From positions 921,370 to 985,369 of the forward strand of contig MU008175.1 of assembly GCA_010909165.1 (NCBI GenBank): 64,000 nt of DNA, written 5' to 3'. The notes beneath the pieces were generated by a model that ran no database searches, was not told where the DNA came from, and worked only from the letters and a program-made list of their open reading frames with translations. A program made the translations under genes and the position numbers. Shown piece by piece: positions 48,351 through 61,144 of the stretch (within the stretch, counting starts at the first letter, position 1; each line of letters begins with the position of its first letter). The stretch is from Anthoceros angustus (taxonomy: Eukaryota; Plantae; Anthocerotophyta).

Positions 48351-49037
48351 TCGCGCTGGCCCCGGTTAGCGTACCGCGTCCTTATCCGGATGCGCTACTC
48401 AGCATCGACGTTTTAAGACTGTTGTATGATTTAAGCGGGAAGTGGGAGTAGGAATCGCAATCATCGGGGCCACGGCCCACGGCCCACGGCCCGCCTCGGT
48501 CCCGGCCCACGATCGACCTGACTCACTATCTGCCAAGTGCCAACTTGGCGGATATCCCTGCCGACGCGTCACGCATTTCGTGCGATACGATCCCGGGCCT
48601 GAACCCCGTTCGGATTTTGCGTCGCTTTTTAAATCCCCCGCTCCCACGCCTACCGCCTTCCACCTAACCCCACGCCCTACTTAATACCTCTCTTACTACG
48701 CTCTTTAGCCTGCTTCTGCTGCACACAGATTCCCCACATATGTATATACGCATTCCCTGAACGTACCATTTTGGCACTTGAACGTTACGCTCGCTAACGT
48801 CCCGATTGCTTGCCCTGCCCCCAATTACCTCTTCGTATTATCTCTGCCTCGCCGTAACTACCCTTCTTTCGCTTGCAATACCCACAACAATCTCTTGAAC
48901 CAACTTCCTAGGATCGACCCACAAGCTTATAATCTATATGGGCTTTTCGTAAAAGAACGAGTTTTCGTTCGTGATCATAGTTGGAAAACAGTTAGGATGG
49001 TTAATAATCAAGTTCAAAGTTGTTAGCCGATGAAGTG

Positions 49038-49170
49038 TAATTTATTCTTCGGTGAAAATCATAATTATGTAAGAATAAGTATAATTTATTCTCAGGTGAA
49101 AAATATTAATTATGTAAGAATAATAGTATAACTTATTCTTAGGTGAAAAATAATAATTAATGGAAGAATT
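49038..49170. repeat. AT-rich minisatellite, about 44-47-bp unit x3
   Basis: TAA(T/C)TTATTCT..GGTGAAAA..TAATTATGTAAGAATAA units start at 49038, 49082 and 49129. Confidence 0.8.
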
Positions 49171-49683
49171 TATAAATTTACGAATTATGAAAAAAACTAA
49201 TAACTTGAAAATGAAGAAAGTGCTTTAGCTAGAGCAAAGGATAATGCACTTACATATGGCTATAGATGGACTTTTTTGGATAATTAGGAGAAAAGACTTA
49301 ATACTAGGATAAAGACTACATATTATAGCTGGCCACAAAGCCCACACTATTTAAGCTACACTTTGCCTTCCATCCCATTTGGCAGTATGCCTACATGGGC
49401 TATGTCATTAAGATAATTTGTAAAGCTTTTTATTTTATATTAATACTATATTTTTATATATTTAATCATATTTTAAAGTTTTATTATCAATTGATCTTAA
49501 TTTATTATTATTATAAAATCACTTAATTTAATACATTAATATTGATCTCAAAGATTCACAGATGATATTATTAGTAGCGGTAGTAATAGTAGTAGTAGTA
49601 GTAGTAATAACAACAACAAATATGTATGGCAACCATATCACTTGGCTCTTTTTGTGACAGTCTCACAATTTAGAGTGAACACT

Positions 49684-51033
49684 ATGAGCAGCCACAAAGC
49701 ACCATCCTGGTATCATGTACCTGGTCATTCAGTACGAGACAACTATTTTTCTGTGCCATTGGATTATGCTTCATCAAATGGACATCCACGCATCACACTT
49801 TTTGCTCGGGAATTGGTTGCCTATGGGAAAGAGGATAAACAATTGCCTTGTTTGTTGTTTCTTCAAGGTGGACCGGGTTTCGAATGTCAAAGACCTACGG
49901 ATTGTGGAGGCTGGATAGATAAAGCTTGCGAGGAATACAAAGTCATTTTGTTAGATCAACGAGGAACAGGGTTATCAACTCCTATAACTATCAGTGCATT
50001 GGGACAATTTCAGTCACCACAAGCTCAAGCTTCTTACTTGCAGCATTTTCGAGCTGACAACATTGTGAGAGACGCAGAATATGTAAGAGGGCTTATTTCA
50101 CCCAACGGAGAACCTTGGACTGTACTAGGACAGAGCTATGGCGGTTTTTGTGCAGTGACATATCTAAGTTTTGCACCAGCTGGCTTGCACCACGTATTGC
50201 TAACTGGCGGTCTTCCACCTTTGGATGCAGGATGCACAGCTGAGTTTGTATATCGTGCATGTTATAGACGTGTGATTCTTCAAAACAAAAAATACTACAA
50301 ACGATATCCCGAAGATGTTGAGGCTGTGCAATGTATTGTGGAATACCTGGTAGAAAATGAGGTGGCTTTGCCTATGGGCGGAATATTGAGTCCAAAAGGC
50401 TTTCAACTGCTAGGGTTGACGGGACTGGGCTCAAGTGGAGGATTTGAGAGGTTGCATTTTTTATTAGAACGAGCTTGGGATCCTCCTTTGGTAGTCGGAG
50501 CTAAAAAAGAATTGAGCTATACATTTCTTCGAATGTTTGAGAATTGGTTCAACTTTGACACCAACCCTCTGTATGCTCTTATGCATGAATCCATATATGC
50601 TCAAGAAGGAGCATCAAATTGGGCAGCTCATCGTGTGAGGGAGGAATTTGGCAGTCAATTCGATCCAATAAAGTCATTACATAACTCCGAGCCTATATTC
50701 TTCACGGGAGAGATGATTTTTCCTTGGATGTTCGATGAGATACAAGCTCTAAAACCTTTCAAAGAGTTAGCCTATCTTCTTGCTTGTAAAGATGATTGGC
50801 CAAAATTATATGATTCCAAAGTTCTCAGCACAAACACCATCTCCGTGGCCGCATTATTATATTATGAAGATATGTATGTGAACTTCAACATCTCAGAAGA
50901 TGCATCAATTCAAATAAAAGGTATACAATTATGGGTCACGAATGAATACATGCATACAGGATTGCGAGAGGATGGGGCAAGAATTTTTCAACAACTTATG
51001 GGAATGGTAAAAGGAAAATACCTAATTCGCTAG
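49684..51033 (+). CDS. PIP: Proline iminopeptidase (alpha/beta-hydrolase, plant At3g61540-like), intronless
   Basis: VPLDY, FLQGGPGFE, LLDQRGTGLSTP, nucleophile motif LGQSYGGF, NPLYALMHESIY, YYEDMYV (Asp), TNEYMHTGLR (His). First in-frame ATG 49684. Confidence 0.93.
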   Translation: MSSHKAPSWYHVPGHSVRDNYFSVPLDYASSNGHPRITLFARELVAYGKEDKQLPCLLFLQGGPGFECQRPTDCGGWIDKACEEYKVILLDQRGTGLSTPITISALGQFQSPQAQASYLQHFRADNIVRDAEYVRGLISPNGEPWTVLGQSYGGFCAVTYLSFAPAGLHHVLLTGGLPPLDAGCTAEFVYRACYRRVILQNKKYYKRYPEDVEAVQCIVEYLVENEVALPMGGILSPKGFQLLGLTGLGSSGGFERLHFLLERAWDPPLVVGAKKELSYTFLRMFENWFNFDTNPLYALMHESIYAQEGASNWAAHRVREEFGSQFDPIKSLHNSEPIFFTGEMIFPWMFDEIQALKPFKELAYLLACKDDWPKLYDSKVLSTNTISVAALLYYEDMYVNFNISEDASIQIKGIQLWVTNEYMHTGLREDGARIFQQLMGMVKGKYLIR

Positions 51034-52897
51034 ACTAGATACCAAAGTGTTGTAATGTTTTGGGAAAAGCTTAGCAACCCTAGTTTTTATATATTCTTTC
51101 CCTTCTTGGACACAGAGATAATACCCATCTGTAAAGGGAAAGTGGTAAAGTAGTACGCAGTGCAACTTTTATGGTCTATGTGCATTGATGTTAAACATGA
51201 TGCTTTTCACAAGAATGATCTTTGTTTAAGAAATATCAATTTTGGTACATGTAATCCATATGCATGTATGTTACACATTGAGCTTTTCTTTAAGAAAAAT
51301 ATCTTATTTTACATACAATGACTTGTTTCATATTAGGTTCTTGACTACTTTCTTTGCAGATTTTCTTTTCTTGCTGCCTAGTATTAGGAGTCTCTTTTCA
51401 CAATCTTTTGGTGCATAGGGGGTTGCTCATCCTAGTTCAATACCTACATCAATATTCTCTTTGAGGGACTTTTGAATACCTACCTATTTGGTATGGGTAA
51501 TTAGTTTATGATTTTCAAACATCAGAAAGAAAGTAGCAGTAGCTATCATTCAATAAATGTATGGTTTTAAGAGTTGGTAGACGCAATAAGATACTTCAAC
51601 TCATGTGCTCTTCTCCTTTTCAATTGTCTCTAACACACTTATTGTGAAGAAGAAGAGGGCCGAATGAAACCTGGATTCGAGGTTATTAGAGACAATTATC
51701 GGTGATAGAAAGCATAGAGGACATATGCTTATTACATACTCATACTCGGAATGGGTGCATGGAAGGTACAAGGCATATTGCAGCTCTTTGGTGTCATATT
51801 TGCAGCCCTTTTGTGTCTCATTGGATGCATGTGTGCGGAAGAATGAGTGATTGGGTGCGTCAAAGACAAACACCATCTCCGTACGCATTATTATATTATG
51901 AAGATATGTATGTGAACTTCAACATCTCAAGATGCATCAATTCAAATAAAAGGTATACAATTATGGGTCACGAATGAATACATGCACAGGATTGCGAGAG
52001 GATGGGGCAAGAATTTTTCAACAACTTATGGGAATGGTAAAAGGAAAATACCTAATTCGCTAGACTAGATACCAAAGTGTTGTAATGTTTTGGGAAAAGC
52101 TTAGCAACCCTAGTTTTATATATTCTTTCCTTCTTGGACACAGAGATAATACCCATCTCAGAAGGGAAAGTGGTAAAGTAGCACGCAGGCAACTTTTATG
52201 GTCTATGTGCATTGATGTTAAACATGATGCTTTTCACAAGAATGATCTTTGTTTAAGAAATATCAATTTTGGTACATGTAATCCATATGCATGTATGTTA
52301 CACATTGAGCTTTTCTTTAAGAAAAATATCTTATTTTACATACAATGACTTGTTTCATATTAGGTTCTTGACTACTTTCTTTGCAGATTTTCTTTTCTTG
52401 CTGCCTAGTATTAGGAGTCTCTTTTCACAATCTTTTGGTGCATAGGGGTTGCTCATCCTAGTTCAATACCTACATCAATATTCTCTTTGAGGGACTTTTG
52501 AATACCTACCTATTTGGTATGGGTAATTAGTTTATGATTTTCAAACATCAGAAAGAAAGTAGCAGTAGCTATCATTCAATAAATGTATGGTTTTAAGAGT
52601 TGGTAGACGCAATAAGATACTTCAACTCATGTGCTCTTCTCCTTTCAATTGTCTCTAACACACTTATTGTGAAGAAGAAGAGGGCCGAATGAAACCTGGA
52701 TTCGAGGTTATTAGAGACAATTATCGGTGATAGAAAGCATAGAGGACATATGCTTATTACATACTCATACTCGGAATGGGTGCATGGAAGGTACAAGGCA
52801 TATTGCAGCTCTTTGGTGTCATATTTGCAGCCCTTTTGTGTCTCATTGGATGCATGTGTGTGCGGAAGAATGAGTGATTGGGTGCGTGAAAGACAAA
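50831..52897. repeat. About 1.03-kb tandem duplication of the PIP 3' end and downstream flank
   Basis: Copy 1 50831-51866, copy 2 51867-52897. Near identical, small indels, ACAAA microhomology at the junction. Confidence 0.95.
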
Positions 52898-55800
52898 AGC
52901 TGGGTGGAAGCAACCCGGTGTCGACGTCTCGACGTCTCGACGTCTGGACGAGACAAAACAAAGCAGGGTTTGGAAAGAAAGACGAGCCCAAGAGCACCTG
53001 AAAAACACAAAAGCATCCATGGAGGGACTTAGGTGAAGAATAAAGCGGGCATGCGGGCATGCGGGCATGCGGGCCTGACAGGGTACGCCGGGCCGTGTCC
53101 AAGTCCCATTGGGCGCCCGGGCGGGGAGCCGGGCCCCCGTGGTCAGCCGTCGTGGAATATCTAGGCCACGTGTCGTATCGAAAAAGCTGACAGGGCGGAC
53201 GTGGGTGGGAGTCGGGAGCGGGCAGTGGGTCGAGGACTCGCGTCGGTGGTGGCCCACTCGGCCAACGCGCCCCTTTTCATGCCCACATCGCCCTAAATTT
53301 TATTGCGCCCAGGAGATACGCGGAATTTGCTATCTCGGGTGGGCGTCCCGACCGCTTTATTTTTGGCTGACTGCATGCGGTGACAGTGAAGTCACGAGGA
53401 CTTCGTTCAGGTCGTGCTCTCCTTTTTATCACTTTGCCCCTTCGTCGGTTGCTTCCTCCCCGCATCCCCATGGCCACAGTCCCTGCGTCCCTGCACCTCC
53501 AGCCCCATTTTTATCCCTTGCCCTCTCCAACGCCCACTAAAAATACACATCAAATATTACCGGCGTCTGCTGGGACACTCTGCGGGGAGACGTATCTCCC
53601 CGTATCTCTATTGTTGTGTTATAGAGGAGATGGTTTGGGCTGAATTCACTTCATTCATGGACCCGACTTTGGTTCAGGGTTTTGTGTACACATCCGTCCT
53701 CCCATCCACCCACCCCTGTATTGCTGATATGGGAGCGGATTATTCCCGATGGGTACGTGCATTGCATTGCATACACCATGTGTTTGTGGGGTTTCATGGA
53801 TATGGGATCGGAGGCTCGGAGGCTCGGAGGCTGGGTTGCGTCTCATGTGGTAGGGCCCTCCACTTACTCTCTCTCCTCCGAACCCGAACCCGAACCCGAG
53901 CCCGAGCCCGAACCGGGTGCGCCGTACGTGCCTTGGCCGCCTCGGGGCGATGGGGATGGGGATGGGTAGGGCATGGCATGGCATCATGCATGTGGCCATG
54001 CTGTGGTGGGGTCCAGCGCTGCGAGGTAAGCACGCATTAAATCAAGCCCCCGGTGACCGCGTTCCATGTCCATGGACTTGGTGGAGTGGGTAGAGGCAAG
54101 ATTGTACATAAGTGGAGTGAGGGACACGGGAAAGAGGCATTTGGCTTTTGACGACCCACGAGATGGGCCGGGGCCCAGAGACCCAGGGTCCCATGGGGGC
54201 CCGGGGCCCGGGCCCGGGCCCCCGGCGACCGCGTCGTCCGTCTTTGTCCTATGCTGCGTCTGGTCCTTGGAAGGGGAAAGCGTCGTCATGCGGATAAACC
54301 AAATACTCCGAATACTCATGGGGATGGAAGCAGCAAAGCAAGTTGCGACGCACGCCGCGGGACCGCCATCGCACCGCCACTGCTTCGGATAAGCTGAAGG
54401 CGAGGCCAAGTCTTTGAGACCCAGACTCCAGTTTTGACGAGAGGCTGGGAGGGGGCGGGCCCAGAGATTCGCAACTGGGCAACCAGATGCAGGCACACCC
54501 CCACCAGAATATGGAGAACCCACAAAAACCCATAAACTGTATACCACAGATTCCGGGCTCGTCCTCGTCCTCGTCCTCGCCCTCGTGCCCGGGATCACCA
54601 CTTTCTGGACAGGAATGGGAATGGAGGAAAGCAGCGTACCATGTTGAAGTGCCACCGTTGCGAGCGAGTATGCAAAGGCGCGTTACATGGGTTTTTTAAC
54701 ACAATGTTGTACAGCCCAACGCCCAACAAAGGCGACCGCCCGTTACGATTCCTCTCCAAAGGGGATGATGCGAGGCAGCCTTCTCCGGCTCCGGCTTCTT
54801 CTTCCTCTTCCACGCGGCCGCGTGTGCCAGAGGGTGAGGGGAGAGGGGAGAGGGGTGAGGGGTGAGACGGGGCGGCCCGATTCGGGCCGTCAGTGGAATG
54901 TCCCTGGATGAGCGGCCGGCGGTTGACGCTGTCAGGCTTCACCTTAACCGGCTTGTCTGCCCCGGGCGCCCACCGGACTGCACCGCAACTGCCCGTGTAG
55001 TTACATGTAAACGTCCCGCTAATTACCCATGTACATACTAGACAAGGGCAAGTTCATCCTTCACCCTGGGCTGCCCAGGTCCGGGTCAGGCGTCGGGCCA
55101 GGCCTGGCCCACGCCTTGTGTAATCGCATAATAAGACGAGGCGGGAACTGTTTGAGAACAGGCAGACGGCGTGGGGCGTGTTTGTCAGTCGCTTGACTTA
55201 GTTCGGGGCCTGCCGGATCTCGGGACGGGCCAAGGCCCAGTTGGCCAATTATTACCCGCCACCATGACCCGTCCCCAGCCCGCTTCGGGCCGGCTCCGGT
55301 AGCGGGCCGCGGCCCAAATCAACTCCTTGTCTCTTGCTCGATACGCTTTCACTCGATTCAGTGTAGGATAAGCGGTACGCCTGCTGCAGGCGCAGGCGGC
55401 TTGTGCGTCAGGTTTACCGATTCCTCCTCCCGAGAGAACACACCACAGCAGACATCCACGAATTGCTGCCTGCGCCTGCTCCTGCTCCTGCTCCTGGCAT
55501 CCGCTCCACGACCAGCCCTATCCGATCCATCCCTCCTCACAATCTTTGACCCATTAATCATATTTAAATTACTCATTAATTTAATTTAATTTAATACATG
55601 AATAATCATATATTCAGTTAGCTATCAGCATATGACTAGGCTCTTCGTCTCCCAAACTTATCACAAATATCTTTTCTAGAACTACTCATAGGATGTGAAT
55701 GAGTGGTACACAGAGTTTACGTTATTGAACGGGGCCTATCACCTATCATGGGTACTGCACCTCGAGGTACTTCATATGTCATATGTGTTCCTGCATCTCA

Positions 55801-57296
55801 AACATGCACAGCTCACCTCGCCGCCTGCAGATAGTCACGTTCAAACTTTGGTACAACTTGGACTTGCGTGTTTGCTATGAAGTGTCACTAGTGTCGTATG
55901 CAGCATTCTGGCTGGTACTACTATGCTGCGAGTGCATTTATTTGAATCAACTTTGGCATAGCGCCAAGGACTCCGTCGAACATGATGTACATACAAATAT
56001 CATCCTTGTCCCGGTGCTTATCTTTTCTCCACCTTGTCGTTCATGTATACGTATCCATTGTACCAAAGCTTATCTTTCACGCCCCGCCATTAAAGAGGGT
56101 GTGCAGGGAAAGTACTACGAGAAATGCAATCAAAGAGCTGGGTCCCCATGAGAGAGAGAGAGGGCAATGCAATCAAAAGTGTACTGAAACTCTTGCAGGG
56201 ATTTTTTGAATCATGTGGTGCTCGAGCAAGTGTCAGGCAGCATCATGTATAGCATCTGTGTTGCATCCGTAGCATACAATCTCACATGTCCCAAAGCCGT
56301 AGGATACATCTCACATGTCGAATCTGCGTGGTACATCTTTTGGAGTGTTGCCAGATTGCTCGTGAGCTTCCCTCATGAGCGTACCCGCTGTTCCACATTT
56401 GACATGGACGTGTGATTACGAATGTGGTATCCATTACCTTAGAATCACCATCCTAATTACTGAAGAAACATATTTACTTTCACTATTTCATTTTTGCTTC
56501 CTGTACCTGAACCGAGTCATGTGCAGGACAAAGTGTTGTGTCTAAGGTATACAATGGTTTGCAGCATGGAGGTGATGTATGTCTTTAAGTAATTATTATA
56601 AATTTCAGTTATTTTTGAAATACCTAGGAAGTGGTAACCGTCATCGAGTGAGAAGTGGGTGACACAAGGTTTATGATTCCAGGTTCATTGCACCGACGAG
56701 ATGCTCCCAAATTATACCCATTATGCGTAATCAGCTTTGAGGTTACGTGTAAGTAACAACTTCAAGGGCGATGAAGATAGCTCTCTATCCGGAATCTAAT
56801 TCCTCACAGAACATGATACCCAATTACTGTATGCTAATGTTGCATACAAAAATGAGTCATTCGTACGTGAGCAGTTAACATATCCACGGTTAACATATCC
56901 AGATAGAATACTGATATTGAATACAAAAATGCATCATTCGTACACGAGCTGGTAACATATCTAGATAACGTGTCGTACCCAATGCTGCATAGCATAAAAT
57001 AAAGAAGCACAAGAGTGTAAGGGAGAGCAGCCTCCAATGTTGATTGTTGATTTTTTATGCACAGGAAAGGCATTTGAACACGAAGCTCAAAACGAGAATG
57101 TGCCTTGAGGGCAGTAAAAAAATGCAGAGGCAGTGGCGATGTTGGAAGCAGGAAAAGGAAAGCGAATCTCATGCAGGGGATGTGGGAAGCGGTGGGAAGG
57201 CGAAGGCTTCCGTGGAGAGAGATGAAAACCGTTGAAAGCTTACTCCAGGCTGAGGGCCCAGGCAGACACAACATTTTTGTCGCGTTTGCGTTTGCG

Positions 57297-60200
57297 TTTG
57301 CGTCTGCGTTTTGCAATTGCGATTGCACAGCGGAGCCCAGCGGATCTGTTGAAGTAAGTGAAGGCCAAAAATATGAGACGAGTCAGCGTAACCTACCTAA
57401 AACCTGGAATAGAAAGCGGAGGCAAATAGAGCCGTGTCCCCCCGTGTGGCCCGAGGCTCGCACCTCGCCGTTTCGCCGTTTCGCCGTTTCGCCGTGCCGT
57501 GATATTTGCCGCTCCACGTCATGTGGATAGGCTCCAGGCTCGCACTCCCGGAGTCCGGAATCCGGAGTCCCGGTGCGTAACGCGTAACCCTAGAGATTAG
57601 AGACGGAGCCACCGCCTGATTTATCGCCACGGGGCTTAAAAAGTATTATTTGCTGCGTCATACATGACATACAATGTGGGCATGGGAAGAGAGCCAGGGA
57701 GAAGGGCAGCGAGCAACACCCAGGCTCCAGAACATGAAGGGTGGGAGAGAAGGGGCTGGATGCCTGGATCCATGTCCATGATCCAATTTCCATGCATTCC
57801 TGGCAACGTCAGTGCTCATGTAAAGCTGTGAAGCCTGCAGGATAAGGAAGGAAGGGCCTGGTGCCTGGTGCCTGGTTCCTGGTTCCTGGTTCCTGGTCCC
57901 TGGTCGTGTGGCAGAGCTCTGGCGTTTATAAAAATATCCCTCGCTGCGCTTTGCCCGTCTTGTTGGATGCTGGAGTGCCCACCACATGACGCAAGTGGGT
58001 ATGGGTGTCATGGGGGCATGGGCATGGGCATGAGCATGAGCATGCGTGATGGTGGTGGGTGGGGATGCGAAGCGTCTAGAAGCCGGGAAAGGGGCCCGGG
58101 CCGGGCCGGACCGGGTCGGGCCCCGGGATGGCGACATGCAACTACCGCGGCGGGTCGAGGACAGGGCCAGGGCCAGGGCCAGGGCCAGGGCGGGGCCGGC
58201 GAATAATTAAAGTGCGTGGGGGGAGGGAAGGGGGGCTTTGCCTTTGCCGGGTGCGGTGCTGGTGCGGGTGCGGGTGCTGGTGCGGGTGCGGTGCACCGTG
58301 CGGTGAGGGGCCAGCGGCCAGGGGCCAGTGCCTGGCAGACACGAAAGAAGGACTTGCGCGCATCTTCTTTCTTTCCCGCCGATGCCCGATGCTTCACGTG
58401 GTGCGTGATGTGACGCTTACGAGTCCCCATACCATACGGCCCGCCATTTCTTTCCCTCCTCTTTACGCTCTTTTCATTGGAGCCCCACTCTGCACTCTGC
58501 ACTCTGCCCTCTGCCCTCTGCCCTCTGCACTCTGCCCTCTGCCCCTGCCCTCTGCCCTCTGCCCTCTGCCCTGCCCGCTTCCACTAAATGAAGGGAGAGG
58601 TGGGGCGTATCCTAATCCGGTGGGGCCTGCCGTGACGTGCCGGTCCCGTCAACGCTGGTCAAGCGGGCCGGCGGTAACCGCGGTCAGGCCCGGTCACCAC
58701 TGCCCTGCCCTGTGCCGACACCAGTAACCAGTTAATCAGTACGACGCGACGCGACCGGGACCCGCCACTCCGCCACTCCGCCAGTCCGGGGCCACGGAAC
58801 GGGATCCGGCCCTGTCCACTTTGCGTCTGCGTTTTGCAATTGCGATTGCACAGCGGAGCCCAGCGGATCTGTTGAAGTAAGTGAAGGCCAAAAATATGAG
58901 ACGAGTCAGCGTAACCTACCTAAAACCTGGAATAGAAAGCGGAGGCAAATAGAGCCGTGTCCCCGTGTGGCCTGAGGCTCGCACCTCGCCGTTTCGCCGT
59001 TTCGCCGTTTCGCCGTGCCGTGATATTTGCCGCTCCACGTCATGTGGATAGGCTCCAGGCTCGCACTCCCGGAGTCCGGAATCCGGAGTCCCGGTGCGTA
59101 ACGCGTAACCCTAGAGATTAGAGACGGAGCCACCGCCTGATTTATCGCCACGGGGCTTAAAAGTATTATTTGCTGCGTCATACATGACATACAATGTGGG
59201 CATGGGAAGAGAGCCAGGAGAAGGGCAGCGAGCAACACCCAGGCTCCAGAACATGAAGGGTGGGAGAGAAGGGCTGGATGCCTGGATCCATGTCCATGAT
59301 CCAATTTCCATGCATTCCTGGCAACGTCAGTGCTCATGTAAAGCTGTGAAGCCTGCAGGATAAGGAAGGAAGGGCCTGGTGCCTGGTGCCTGGTTCCTGG
59401 TTCCTGGTTCCTGGTCCCTGGTCGTGTGGCAGAGCTCTGGCGTTTATAAAATATCCTCGCTGCGCTTTGCCCGTCTTGTTGGATGCTGGAGTGCCCACCA
59501 CATGACGCAAGTGGGTATGGGTGTCATGGGGCATGGGCATGGGCATGAGCATGAGCATGCGTGATGGTGGTGGTGGGGATGCGAAGCGTCTAGAAGCCGG
59601 GAAAGGGGCCCGGGGCCGGGCCGGACCGGGTCGGGCCCCCAGGATGGCGACATGCAACTACCGCGGCGGGTCGAGGACAGGGGCCAGGGGCCAGGGGCCA
59701 GGGGCCAGGGCGGGGCCGGCGAATAATTAAAGTGCGTGGGGAGGAAGGGGCTTTGCCTTTGCCGGGTGCGGTGCTGGTGCGGGTGCGGTGCTGGTGCGGT
59801 GCACCGTGCGGTGAGGGCCAGGCCAGGGGCCAGTGCCTGGCAGACACGAAAGAAGGACTTGCGCGCATCTTCTTTCTTTCCCGCCGATGCCCGATGCTTC
59901 ACGTGGTGCGTGATGTGACGCTTACGAGTCCCCATACCATACGGCCCGCCATTTCTTTCCCTCCTCTTTACGCTCTTTTCATTGGAGCCCCACTCTGCAC
60001 TCTGCACTCTGCCCTCTGCCCTCTGCCCTCTGCACTCTGCCCTCTGCCCTGCCCTCTGCCCTCTGCCCTCTGCCCTGCCCGCTTCCACTAAATGAAGGGA
60101 GAGTGGGGTGGGGCGTATCCTAATCCGGTGGGGCCCGCCGTGACGTGCCGGTCCCGTCAACGCTGGTCAAGCGGGCCGGCGGTAACCGCGGTCAGGCCCG

Positions 60201-60337
60201 GTCACCACTGCCCTGCCCTGTGCCGACACCAGTAACCAGTTAATCAGTACGACGCGACGCGACCGGGACTCCGGGACTCCGCCACTCCGCCACTCCGCCA
60301 GTCCGGGGCCACGGAACGGGGATCCGGCCCTGTCCAC
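57297..60337. repeat. About 1.52-kb GC-rich tandem duplication built of short repeats
   Basis: Copy 1 57297-58819, copy 2 58820-60337. Both begin TTTGCGTCTGCGTTTTGCAATTGCG and end GATCCGGCCCTGTCCAC. Confidence 0.95.
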
Positions 60338-61084
60338 GCACGCCCACATGCGGCAAACGGGACGCGCCCACGCCCTCCGTTATTATTAGCCCCGACGGGC
60401 TGAGGCGACACAGCCCACAATCCCGGCGCGCTCTTGTTGGCGGGCTGGATTGCTGGAATGCTGGATTGCTGGAATGCTGGAATGCTGGAGTGCTGGATTA
60501 GGGGCCACGGCTGCAGGATTAGGGCTTGACATGAGTTGGCGCTGGGCGGCGGGCAGCTGGCTGGGGTCCAGCCGAGCCCGAACGCCCGAATGCCAGAATG
60601 CCAGAATGCCCGAATGCCCGAATGCCCGAATGCCCGAATGCCCGAGTTCGCTCCTCAGTCGGGACTGCAGTAGTCGACTCCGAGTCTCTTCCATGGGAGT
60701 TGGAACTCGGAATAGCATCGGTTGCCAGTCAGGCCCGTGGGAATGGAGTCGTGTCCCCGCTCCCTGGACTGGACAATCAACCGACTTCGGCTTGAAGCCC
60801 ACCCCATTACGCATCTGTTTCCAAACAGGAATGTATGAAATGGAGGAAGTGGGCATGCTTCATGCATATCTGGATAGGATAGGATAGGTGAGGACAGCAC
60901 CGGACAAGACATTTCAGCTCCACCACCACACTTGTGCTTCCATGCGCCTCGCGTTGTCTACCCCTCACCACTCCTTTGCCATCCATGTCAATTGTGCTGG
61001 CTTACATGTTCCAACACACACACACTGTTTTAGTGTTGAACCATTTTTCGTAATCCCACCGCCGCTCTCCAACTTCCGCCCTTC

Positions 61085-61144
61085 GCGGTTGTAGCACAGC
61101 ACCCTGCCACGCTACAGACCCGGGTTCGATATCAGGCCGGCGCA
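61085..61144 (+). pseudogene. tRNA-Gly(GCC) pseudogene, 5'-deleted
   Basis: CACCCTGCCACGCTACAGACCCGGGTTCGAT..GGCCGGCGCA matches the 3' two-thirds of plant tRNA-Gly(GCC), anticodon 61106-61108. Mismatched anticodon and T stems; acceptor 5' strand and A box largely missing. Confidence 0.75.

Noticed and set aside
53279-53290. snRNA USE-like ATGCCCACATCG
   Set aside because: Mismatch to RTCCCACATCG, no correctly spaced TATA box, and no snRNA-like sequence downstream.
57692-57712. Partial complement of miR408
   Set aside because: Needs an insertion and several mismatches, differs in the second copy, and forms no hairpin.
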